Made by a program: the position numbers and the translations under genes
Shown: in pieces, positions 50,161 through 60,075 of the stretch
Position numbering within the stretch: the first letter of the stretch is position 1
How the letters are laid out: each line of letters starts with the position of its first letter
NCBI GenBank assembly: GCA_051294375.1
Contig: CM119267.1
Location: 21,825,486 to 21,889,485 of the forward strand
Direction of reading: 5' to 3'
DNA: 64,000 bases
Source of the DNA: Paraspadella gotoi
Taxonomy: Eukaryota; Animalia; Chaetognatha
Notes under the pieces: generated by a model
Databases searched by the model: none
Told to the model about the DNA's origin: nothing
Seen by the model: the letters and a program-made list of their open reading frames with translations, nothing else

Positions 50161-50294
50161 GAGAGAGATAGATTCTTTTACTCATCCTTCTTCATTGAGT
50201 TTTGGATCACGCAATCGGTAGGTACAAACCCGGATGAAAGGATATGAGAAAGAAAGAGGCGATGCGAAAAAGAGAGAAAATAAAACGGTTTGGA

Positions 50295-50330
<36 letters not shown>

Positions 50331-51002
50331 AGAAAAGAAAGAAAGAAAGAAAGAAAGAAAGACAAAGTAAAAGAAGAGAAAGCAAAGACGGCAAGAAAGA
50401 CCCAACAACCTAAGAAAAGAATTTAAAGTAAAGCCTATTCACGAAAGAAAGAAAAAGAAAGAATGAAAAAAGACGACAACGGAGAAATATAGTCACAAAA
50501 ATAAAGATATAAAAGAAATAAAAAAGGAAAACGTGAGAACGAAAGAAAGAAAAATAGGATAACCCCAAAAGAAAAAGAATGAAAAGAGAAAAGCAAGCAA
50601 GCAAGCAAGTCCTAGCGAATGGATGCTTGGGTGCGTTGACCCGCCCTCTTTGAACCCGAGCGCGCAACCTTCTCCGAAAGCTTTTCTCAATGGGAATGTC
50701 GGTGACGACGACGACGACGACGACGACGAAGACGACGACGAAGAAACCAAAGAACTGAAAGAAGAATTGCAAAACACTAAAGTCTGAAGAAAACAAGGAG
50801 GAAACGAGCGGAAAAAACAAGGTCAAGGGGGAAACGAGGACGACGAAACCAACGAATTTGGACAAAAATAAGATAAATGGATTCAAACAGATTAAATAAA
50901 TGTGTTAGGAGAAATTAATATTGTTCAAATATAAAATTAAATAATTCGTCATTAAAATCGTTTTCGTTTTAAACTCATTCATTTTATTTCTTGATACATT
51001 TT

Positions 51003-51332
51003 GAGCTCTCTTTTCCAAAAGCGCCCATTTTTTGTTCCTTAATTCCTGAATTTAATTTTAACCGTAATTTTAACCTTAATCTGTGATCAAATCCATAACC
51101 TAATTTTTAACCCTAACCCTAATGACGAACCCTAATCAATTCCTAAACCTTAATCCCTAAACCCTAATTAGTAATTATTAACCCTCACTTCTAGCCTTAA
51201 ATCCTAGACACTAACCATAATCCTTAAGCAATTCCCTAACTTAATTATTTACCCCAAACTTTAACCAAAAAGATTTTAGACTTAAAAAAATAACCCAAGT
51301 CCGAATTTAATAGGTTCTGTGAAAATAAGGCC
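51003..51332 (+). mobile_element. MITE family T copy
   Basis: GAGCTCTCTTTTCCAAAAGCGCCC, AACCCT repeats, GAAAATAAGGCC. Confidence 0.7.
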
Positions 51333-51337
51333 AGGCC

Positions 51338-51700
51338 TTTTTAGTTGCGGAGCAACTCTATAAGTCACTTTTCGGTCGGTCCGTTGGTCGGTATTTCTGT
51401 CTGTCGGTCTGTCCCACTTACGTTAAAAATGCATATGATTTCCCTATAGTTGTTTGCTCTTTTGTTAAGACAGAAAAAAACCTTAAATCTAAGTGACTGC
51501 AAGCGTTGCCTTCAGGAAATCCTAAAACTAAAATGGAATAAAAGACGGAATTTTGATGCAGTGCATGTCAAAAATACACAGGCTAAGAAAGTTATTGTAG
51601 TCATGTTATGTCGTGTCATGTTACGTCATATCATGTCACGAGAAATAAACGAGATAAGGCAGTCACTGCGGCGCAACACATTTGAATGACCGTTCTTGTT
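51338..51700 (+). mobile_element. HINE/DINE-like short element (family H2)
   Basis: TTTTTAGTTGCGGAGCAACTCTATAAG, then (GTCG/GTCC/GTCT)n, ending GCGGCGCAACACATTTGAATGACCGTTCTTGTTT. Homologous copies at 16978-17387 and 48413-48712. Confidence 0.7.
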
Positions 51701-52106
51701 TATCAAAAAATCAGTTTGTTTTTAGTTCCCAAACAACGAATTCATACTGTTAATTTGAAATGTATCTACTCTTTTTCTAGTCGTCCTCAGTTGCCTATAT
51801 TTTTCGTTTTTTTATTATTTTTTTTCATTTATTTTTGTTTTCTTCACCATTTTTCATTCCTTCTTTCTCTTTCCCTTCAACATCAATCTCCACCGCTTTC
51901 TTATCCTTTTTCTTTTTTCTTTCTTTTTTCCCGTTATCTCTTTTCTTTTGTCCTAATGAGAATCTAAGTCAATTGCTCCGTCATCGTATAAAAAGTCGAT
52001 TTGAATAATTCATTAAAAGTGAGATAAAATTATGCAGAGCGACTTTCTTTATTGCATTCGCCTTTCCTCAAAAGGTACGTACCCCCGAAAGAAACGGATT
52101 GTCTGA

Positions 52107-52147
<41 letters not shown>

Positions 52148-52489
52148 AATCCCGCATTACACTAATGGCCACGATTAGGGCATTAGCCAGCATAAATCTT
52201 CTTCCTTCGGGCCAAGAGTCAATTTCGATGCCAACTTCTTGATTAAAGATTTTTTTTTTCGTGCGATTCAAAGTTTTTGTTCGTTTTGTTTGTTTATTTT
52301 CACCATCAAATACTGAAATAAATAACAGTACGGGAACCCGAGTCAAGTTTCCAATCGATCAATTTCACATTTTTTAAAAATATTTCACCGGATTCTCACT
52401 TCCCGACATTCTCTCTCACTGCACTCCTACCTCATAAATAACCAGGTCACCCTCCCTACCCCAACTCCATCCCAAGTCACCCCCCAATC

Positions 52490-52692
52490 ATGCCACGCCC
52501 ACCGCCCGACGTCTCCGTCGTCGCCGTTGAACGCCGCGCGCGTCAAAGGGTCTCCATTTACGGCGCGGCGTCTTTTTACCTCCGACGCGGCGTCATTTGC
52601 TTGGGCGCTTTTCAATGTCGAGAGAATCCGGCGCCGGTCGGGTGGAGTTTGAAGATCAGGTTTAGGGATGAGGAAGAGGAGAAGGAAGAAAG
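52490..52692 (+). CDS. Exon 1 of MATH-BTB gene (MATH-like N-terminus)
   Basis: ATG at 52490. WSLKIRFRDEEEEKE resembles SPOP WCLRVNPKGLDEESKD. Donor AG|GTAAAT at 52693, phase 2. Confidence 0.65.
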
Positions 52693-53033
52693 GTAAATGT
52701 ATACAATTACATTTTCGGGTTTAAATTCGTAAGTTTTAAAACGTGAAATTACAACCTATAAACTTTTCTTCAAACTCATTGTTTGACATGTATCTGAGAA
52801 CTACATTATTACAACTCCTTTTTCTTAACTCCTGTATGAAATAAGTATCTCTCATTTAAATTCTTAGAAATAAGTTATTGTGTTAATCCTTTCGGCTTCG
52901 TTGAGTATAGAGATTTAACAAAGTTTGGAAATGTTTTCGTCAACGATTTTTTATTAGTATAAGGACATGTTTCGACTCTTCATTTCGAGTCTTCATCAGC
53001 AGTAATGATGCATTAACAAATTTGTGTAAAAGA

Positions 53034-53071
<38 letters not shown>

Positions 53072-54257
53072 GAGAGAAAGAGAGAGAGAGAGAGAGAGGG
53101 CAAAAGTTTCCAACACAGAGATAGTTGTTAAAGAATGAGTACAGTTTGAGTTGAGGACAGATCAGTTGTGAAAAGAAGTGAAATGGTCAATTGGTGAAAG
53201 AGAGAGAGAGAGAGACAGAAGGAGAGAGGGAGAGAGAGAGAGAGAGAGAGAAAACAGGGAGAGACAAAATAATACATTATGTAATGTACAACAAAGAATA
53301 AATTTAAACTAATGGTGAATTTAACAATTATTCTAGTAATAAATAGATAGTAATGAAAGGAAAGAAAGTTTTAAATGTGAAATGATACATTTTGTGAGGG
53401 ATAGATAAGTGAATGTTAAAGTGAAAAATTAAGAATTCGACCTCCCTCCAAGCTATATTCGCTTATCAAAAGCGGTGGAGGCCCCGCCACCACCACGACC
53501 GCACCATGATTCCCCTGTCTCCACTCAACGAGACAGGCGGAGACCCTTGCGCAGGCAATGGGCAAACGATGCTCTCCTTTATTGTAGCAACTCATTCCCT
53601 CTCTCTGGGGAATGAGCGCCGCCCAAAATGACGGCTACAGGAGGAGGGAGAGAGTCCACCACTCCTGTTGCAAAAGCGGCAAGAACGGACAACCACCCGC
53701 CTCCAGCAGGCGAGAAGGGAGTCGGCAGGCGTACCAGGCCAGAGAGACATTCGAGTCGCACTTGGTCTCTTCCCGCAAGGAAGCCTACCTAATGCAACGG
53801 CAATGAACTCAACAGAATTGTCATCTCAACCAATGACGCGTCAATGACCCGGCTTCATCGTTAAAGCCTTTCATTTGCATAAACCAAGGGGGGCCAGCTC
53901 ATTTTGAGCTCTATCTTAATTCTTAATTTTTCACTTTAACATTCACTTATCTATCCTCACAAAATGTATCATTTCACATTTAAAAACTTTATTTCCTTTC
54001 ATTACTATCTATTTATTACTAGAATAATTGTTAAATTCACCATTAGTTTAAATTTATTCTTTGTTGTACATTACATAATGTATTATTTTGTCTCTCCCTG
54101 TTTTTCTCTCTCTCTCTCTCTCTCTCCCTCTCTCCTTCTGTCTCTCTCTCTCTCTCTTTCACCAATTGACCATTTCACTTCTTTTCACAACTGACTGTCC
54201 TCAACTCAAACTGTACTCATTCTTTAACAACTATCTCTGTGTTGGAAACTTTTGGCC

Positions 54258-54288
<31 letters not shown>

Positions 54289-56597
54289 ATCTCTCTCTCT
54301 CTCTCTCTCTCCCTTCTTTTACACAAATTTGTTAATGCATCATACTGCTGATGAAGACTCGAAATGAAGAGTCGAAACATGTCCTAAAAAAATACTAATA
54401 AAAAATCGTTGACGAAAACATTTCCAAACTTTGTTAGAAATAAGTTAAATGTTAATGTTAATAACAATAAAGCCACAGTCAACAGTCTTTTTTATTATTA
54501 TTATTAATACCAAAAACAGTATTGAAAAATCAGAAACAGTATCAGTGTCGGCGACCAGACATTTTATTATAACGGAAATGTATCAAGCTTTAATTCTCGA
54601 ATTGAATTTGTCAAAACGAATTATCAAAGTCGATTTTTTCATTGTATTTTCTTTTAAAAACTCGCTCGGTCCTTCAATCAATGCATATATTTAAAAATAT
54701 TTTAAAGAAAAAATAGCCCTAAAATAGCAATAACATACAAGATATAACTTACATAAACAGAGATACAAAATTTACGATTTGCTACAATATGTAAATTAGA
54801 TTTTTGCACTCTAACGTAACTCTTCCGATAGCTCGATCAACGCCCCCATCGACCCCTTCCTCGTATCCCTCTACAATAATTCCTCGTATCGAGACGCGTT
54901 CGTCCACAGATGCGACGTCATAGTCCGCCGCGTTGAAGGTAGCATTACTGGCTAAAGAAATTGTTTTAATTAATTAAATTAGATTACGATTAGAAATGTA
55001 AGACTTTGTTTGTTTACTTTTTCGACAGAGGGAGGAGAGAAAGCCAACGTAAAAATCGAACAAGACCCCGACGACGACAACGACGACGACGACGAAGCGA
55101 ACGTCGAAACGACTCAAACTACTTCCGGTTCCGCGCCGATCGCGTCGCGAGGGTCGGTGACCAACCTCACCGTCGCTGGTCGAACTTACCTGGAGATCCC
55201 GGCGCTTTGTCGTAGCAGAGATTTGCCTCGAGATCGAGAAGATCAAAATAGATTTAGTTTCGAGGTAGGGTAGATTTGGTAGATTTATTTTCGACGTACA
55301 TTAGATTTGGTAGATTTATTTTCGACGTTCAGTAGATTTGGTTAGTTTCTAGTCGTAGAAAACGTCATGTTTACTTTTTTGTTGATTTGTTTGTCAAATA
55401 TTTTTCCTATTATTTCTTTTTCTTTTCCTTTTTTCTTCATTTTTATAATTGTCTTTTAGTCCTATAATTGTTTTCTTCCCTCGTCATTCTACATTCGTCC
55501 ATGTTTTTATACGTTCTCTTTTCTATTTTTTACATCAGTGATACTCTTTTGTCATTATCATTTACTCAGGGTCAAACGATTCACATTTCATCTCCAGAGC
55601 CGTACCCCGCGCCATGTTGTTATTTGTATTATTTTTCATGTCTCTCCCGTCCAGTTGGAATGCCTCGTCGTGTACACTTCCGACGAGGATCACTTCCACC
55701 GCTCTCCCGTCGACGCGGCGTTGGAGGCGTCTGCGGCGTCCTCCTCGAACACCCTCTCCGACGACCTCGAGTCGCTCCTCGATTCCGGCGAAGGCGTCGA
55801 CGCGACCTTCCAAGTCGGAGGCGAAGAGATCGGGGCGCACAAGGCGATCCTCAGGGCAAGGTGGACACTCTCTCTAGGGGGGGGGGTTTTGAATGGCGAG
55901 TTGATTGATGAGTCGATTGATTGCTTTTCCTTTGACCAAGTAATTCGTCTTTTAACGACAATTTAAACTCTTCATCCCATCCCAAATTGCAGATCGTCAT
56001 ATTTCCGAGAAATGCTCGACGAAACAAACGACGAACGAGGAAACCTCAAGATCGAAGGCGTCGATCCTCAGCATTTCCGAGAAATTCTCAGGTGAAGAAC
56101 AAAGAACAAAGAAAAACAAAAGCAAAAGACTTTAAAGCAAAACAAAAAATGTCGAAAAAGAACAAACTAAAAAATCTCGATACAAACAAAACAAACTTCC
56201 CTTCTTGTCTTTTTCTTTCCCTATTTAATTATTAAATTATTATTAAAGAATTTAAATTTCTTAATTTTCCAGATTCGTCTACACCGATCGCACGCCTTAC
56301 GACTTTCCCGCCAAAGCCCTCGATTTCCTTCTCCACGCCCACCGCTTTTGCATCCCCCGCCTCAGAGCCGACGCAGCCGCCGTCGCCGCGGCGGAGCTGA
56401 CCGACGCCAACGCTTGTCGGTCGGCGGTGGTCGCCCGACGGACCGACAGCGTCCAGTTGGAGAGGAAGAGCGTGGAGAGGATGAGGGAGGCGAGGAGGAG
56501 GAATGGAGGAGGAGGAAGAGGAGGAGGACAGAGGGGGGGCGTGTCTGATTTAGTCGACGATGTTTTGGAGTTTCTGTTCGAATCGGAGATTGTGTGA
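52490..56597 (+). CDS. Divergent SPOP-like MATH-BTB(-BACK-like) protein, 6 coding exons, ~391 aa: join(52490..52692,54832..54938,55029..55264,55655..55860,55993..56091,56273..56597)
   Basis: All five introns are GT-AG with compatible phases (2,1,0,2,2), and the spliced 1176 nt read open from ATG 52490 to TGA 56595-56597. BTB part: LSDDLESLLDSGEGVDATFQVGGEEIGAHKAILRARSSYFREML..LKIEGVDPQHFREILRFVYTD, followed by SPOP-type ALDFLLHAHRFCIPRLRADAAAVAAAELTDANAC. The N-terminal GVICLGAFQCRENPAPVGWSLKIRFRDEEEEKEE..FLVSLY resembles a degenerate MATH domain. The true start may lie further upstream (possible acceptor AACCAG ending at 52445). Confidence 0.85.
52959..53004 (-). ncRNA. Minimal hammerhead ribozyme motif, inverted copy
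   Basis: The plus strand GACATGTTTCGACTCTTCATTTCGAGTCTTCATCAGCAGTA is the exact reverse complement of the core at 54343-54383. Confidence 0.7.
54343..54388 (+). ncRNA. Minimal hammerhead ribozyme motif (PLE type), sense to host gene
   Basis: TACTG-CTGATGA-A-GACTC-gaaatgaa-GAGTC-GAAA-CATG-TC: intact core boxes, 5-bp stem II, palindromic ACATGT in place of stem III. Stem I pairing is poor, so activity is uncertain. Confidence 0.7.
54832..54938 (+). CDS. Exon 2 of MATH-BTB gene
   Basis: Acceptor CTCTTCCGATAG, donor G|GTAGCA. Reads SSINAPIDPFLVSLYNNSSYRDAFVHRCDVIVRRVE and bridges phase 2 to phase 1 exactly. Confidence 0.7.
55029..55264 (+). CDS. Exon 3 of MATH-BTB gene (includes acidic DDDNDDDDE stretch)
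   Basis: Acceptor TTTTTCGACAG, donor GAG|GTAGGG. Lies within track ORF 55010..55273. Confidence 0.75.
55655..55860 (+). CDS. Exon 4 of MATH-BTB gene (N-terminal part of BTB)
   Basis: Acceptor CTCCCGTCCAG, donor AG|GTGGAC. LSDDLESLLDSG..DATFQVGGEEIGAHKAILRAR is the canonical BTB start. Confidence 0.92.
55993..56091 (+). CDS. Exon 5 of MATH-BTB gene (BTB core)
   Basis: Acceptor AATTGCAG, donor AG|GTGAAG. Reads SSYFREMLDETNDERGNLKIEGVDPQHFREILR. Confidence 0.92.
56273..56597 (+). CDS. Terminal exon of MATH-BTB gene (BTB end, 3-box/BACK-like helices)
   Basis: Acceptor TTTTCCAG. Reads FVYTDRTPYDFPAKALDFLLHAHRFCIPRLRADAAAVAAAELTDANACRSAVVARRTDSVQLERKSVERM..LEFLFESEIV then TGA. Confidence 0.9.
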
Positions 56598-56908
56598 CGG
56601 TTGCTGTTATATGGCTCGTGGTTCGGGTATTATTTATTGCGACATTCGAGCTATTTGATAAGTTGTAATTATTTTGCAGGATTACTAAATTATTTTGATT
56701 TGACTCGGCCGTCATACAGTAGTTAGTCAACAGAGTTCTGTTAAATCTGTTTAAAAATAAATTCCAGTAAAACTTTTTTTAAATATTGTTACAATGAAAT
56801 ATTTTTATTTTTTGTTTTATTTTGAAATAAGTATTTTTACATGGGTTAGTATCTCTGTCTCTCTCTTTCTCTTTCTCTTTATCTTTCTCTATCTCTCTTT
56901 CTCTTTCC

Positions 56909-56956
<48 letters not shown>

Positions 56957-56973
56957 TCTCTCTCTTTTCTCTC

Positions 56974-57016
<43 letters not shown>

Positions 57017-57255
57017 CTATCTCTCTCTCTCTCTCTTTCCTCTCACATATTTCCTCAGTTCCAGGAGAAGAGGGATTTTCCTCGCATAATTGAGAGATTT
57101 TCCGGCGCCGAGAAAAACCGGCCGAGTCGCCGATGATGACAGAGATGATGATGAAATCCCGACGACGATGACAAAAGTTAGAGTTAATGACATAGATGTT
57201 AATGACAGACGTCGTGGCTGTAAGACGATAACGTAAACCGAAAAGAGACAAAAGA

Positions 57256-57325
<70 letters not shown>

Positions 57326-57379
57326 GATGAAGATGATGATGATGATGACAATGAGGATGATGACAACGATCATTGCAGA

Positions 57380-57713
57380 CAGGGGCGTGTAGAGAGGTAG
57401 ACACCCTCCACAAAGCCAACGGACCCGGGATTTTAAGGGGTGCAATGAAAAAGCTCATGGGGCTAAAAAAGAAAGAATGAAAGAGACAAAATTGGTTTAA
57501 ATCTTGTAGAATATTTTGTTACCAGTAATAAATCTTATGATAGTACAAACATAAGGCATATAACAATAATTTGTAATTTTTAAAATGACAAAAACCTAAT
57601 TAATTTAATAATACTTAATTGTGAGGGGGTGTGATGATCTTGATTTCAGGGGGGGGCGGGGTCTGCATAAAAAAAATTAGCGGAGGTGCACACCATTTAT
57701 ATAAACGTCGCTC
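57380..57713. mobile_element. hAT-type MITE, degenerate
   Basis: Starts CAGGGGCGTGTAGA and ends TATAAACGTCGCTC (imperfect TIR). The 8-bp flanks ATTGCAGA and ATTGCATA match at 7 of 8 positions. Confidence 0.5.
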
Positions 57714-58509
57714 ATTGCATAATGTAGCTGATGTAGAGAATGTGAGGATGCAGACAATGACAATGATGGCATAGTTAATGATGACAAAGACGATGACGAT
57801 GATGAGGAAGGGGATAATGAATACGATAATGATGCGAACGTTGATGACGCTTCGCTCTCCTTCGATGATTTTTCTCTCAATTTGCTGACGAGACATAAAG
57901 ATCGAAAAGGAAACGAGAAATACATCGCGGATCGAATGCTGATCTTAAAAATGAAGCCGATGCAACCAAGTAGGAGAAAATTGCCATGACGACATTCATG
58001 ACGTAAATAATTAAATAAATAAATAAATAAATTCACGACGCAGTTTTGAATTTCAACATTAACTTTGATCTTATAGAAATACAATTGGGACTGTTCAAAA
58101 TAACATTGTACTACACTGAAAAGGAAAGCCTGGAAGTTAATTAACCAGACTGTGAGACTGAGAGAGACTTAAATGAAAGCTCGCAGGGCCGTATAAGAGG
58201 GGTAGCAGTTTAGAATAAGGGCTGGATAGCTGGTCAATTCAATTAATGAATGATTACTGTATTGGTTGTGCTATTTTCGTATAAAGTTTCAAGGGACACC
58301 CAAGTACAAAGACTGCAATACAGAGAGCAACAACAACAACAACGACGACAGCAACAACGACACCCGACTTCAGAAGACGACATCTGCCGTCCGGAAAGTC
58401 GTTGCGCAGCTGTCGCGACCCGATATTCGCGAAAGAAAAGAGCATTCGGGANNNNNNNNNNNNNNNNNNNNNNNNNAAGTATAATGAGGTTTTTGACGAA
58501 AGAAGTGGA

Positions 58510-60075
58510 AAATGTTGTCGGGGGGGGAGGAAAGGGGGAGAAAAGGAAAATGGGTGGGGGGGAGAGAGAAAGGCGGAGGAAGGAAAATGGGTGGGCGAAG
58601 AAGAAAGGGGAGGAAAAGGAAATGGTGGGGAAAGAGAGAAAGGGGAAGAAAAGGAAAATGGGTGGGGAAGAGAGAGAGAAGGGGATGGAAAGGAAAATGG
58701 GTGGGGGGGAGAGAGAAGGGGAGAAAAGGAAATGGAGAGTGGAGGGGGAGAAGAGAGGATGGTAGAAAAAGGGAAAATGGGGAGGGGAAGAGAGAAAGGG
58801 CAGAAAGGAAAATGGGTGGGAGAGGAGAGAAGGGGGGAGAAAAGGAAAATGGGTGGGGGGAGAGGAAAGGGGCGCAGAAAGAGGAAAAGGAGGGGGGAGA
58901 GAGAGATGGGATGGGAAGGAGGCAGAGCCTGGTGGGGGCGGAGGAGAGAAGGAGAGGAGGCAGAAGGTGGGGAGAAGAAAAGGAAAGATGGACATGTGTT
59001 GATGGGGGAGAAGAGAAAGAGGGGAAAAAGGAGAAATGTGGTGGGCGGGGGAGAGAGAAGGGGAGAAAAGCGAGAATGGTCGGTGGGGGAGAGGAAAGGA
59101 GAAGGAAAATTGGAAGGAGAAAAGGCGGAGGAAAGGAATGGGTGGGGTGGAGAGAGAAATGGGAGGAGAAGGAAATGGTTGGAGGGAGGGAGAGAGAATA
59201 GTGGGAGACGAGAACAAGGAAAGAATAGGGTGGGGGGAGAGAGGAAGGGGAGAGAAAGGAAAATGGGGTGGGGAGGAGAGAGAAAGGCGTGGAGAAAGGA
59301 GAAAATGGGTGGCGGAGAGGAGAGAAGGGGAGAAAGGAAAATGGTGGGGGGAAGAAAGAAAGGGAGAAAAGGAAAAGATGGGGGTGGGTGGGGAGAGAGA
59401 AAGGGGGAGAAAGAGGAAAATGGGTGAGCGGGGAGAGAGAGAAAGCGGGGAAGAAAGGAAAATGGGTGGGGGGGAGAGAAAGGGGGAGAAAAGTGAAACA
59501 TGGGTGGGGGGAGAGAGAAAGGGAGGAAAGGGAAATGGTGGGGGGAGAGAGAGAGAAAGGGGGAGAAAAGGAAAATGGGTGGGGGGAAGAGAGAGAAAGG
59601 GGGAGGAAAGGAAATGGGTGGGGGGAGAGAGAAGGGGGAGAAAAGGAAAATGGGGGGAGAAGAGAAAGGGGGAGAAAAGGAAAATGGGTGGGGGGGAGAG
59701 AGAAAAGGGCGAGAAAAGGAAAATGGGGTGGGAGGGAGAAAGGGGAGGAAAGGAAAATGGGCTGGGGGAAGAGAGAGAAAGGGGGAGAAAAGCGATAAAT
59801 GGGTGGGAGAGAGAGAAAGGGGGAGGAAAGGAAAATGTGTGGCGGGGGAGAGAGAGAAGAAAGGGGAGAAAAGGAAAATGTGGGGGGGAGAGAGAAAGGG
59901 GAGAAAATATAGATGGGCTGGGGGGAGAGAGAAAGGGGGAGAAGAAAAGGATATATTTATGGTGGGAGAGAAAAGCGAAAATGGGTTGGGTGGCGAGGAG
60001 AGAAAGGGGAGAAAAGGAAATTATATTGTGGCGGGGAGAGAAAGGGGGAGAAAAAGGAAAATGGGGGGGGGGAGT
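58510..60075. repeat. G-rich ~35-bp degenerate minisatellite
   Basis: Unit approximately AAAGGAAAATGGGTGGGGGGAGAGAGAAAGGGGGAG, repeated over ~1.55 kb. Confidence 0.85.

Larger units (their letters stand above)
52878..54433 (+). mobile_element. Truncated Penelope-like retroelement with inverted pseudo-LTRs, in intron 1 of the MATH-BTB gene
   Basis: Arms 52916-53437 and 53918-54436 are near-perfect reverse complements. Each has CTGATGA..GAAACATGTC followed by AATAAA. The spacer has faint frameshifted GIY-YIG-like remnants. The direct repeat TTAGAAATAAGTTA at 52864-52877 and 54434-54447 resembles a TSD. Confidence 0.75.

Noticed and set aside
53579-53806. Track ORFs in the spacer of the intronic inverted repeat as independent genes
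   Set aside because: Short, without splice support, and better explained as decayed retroelement sequence.
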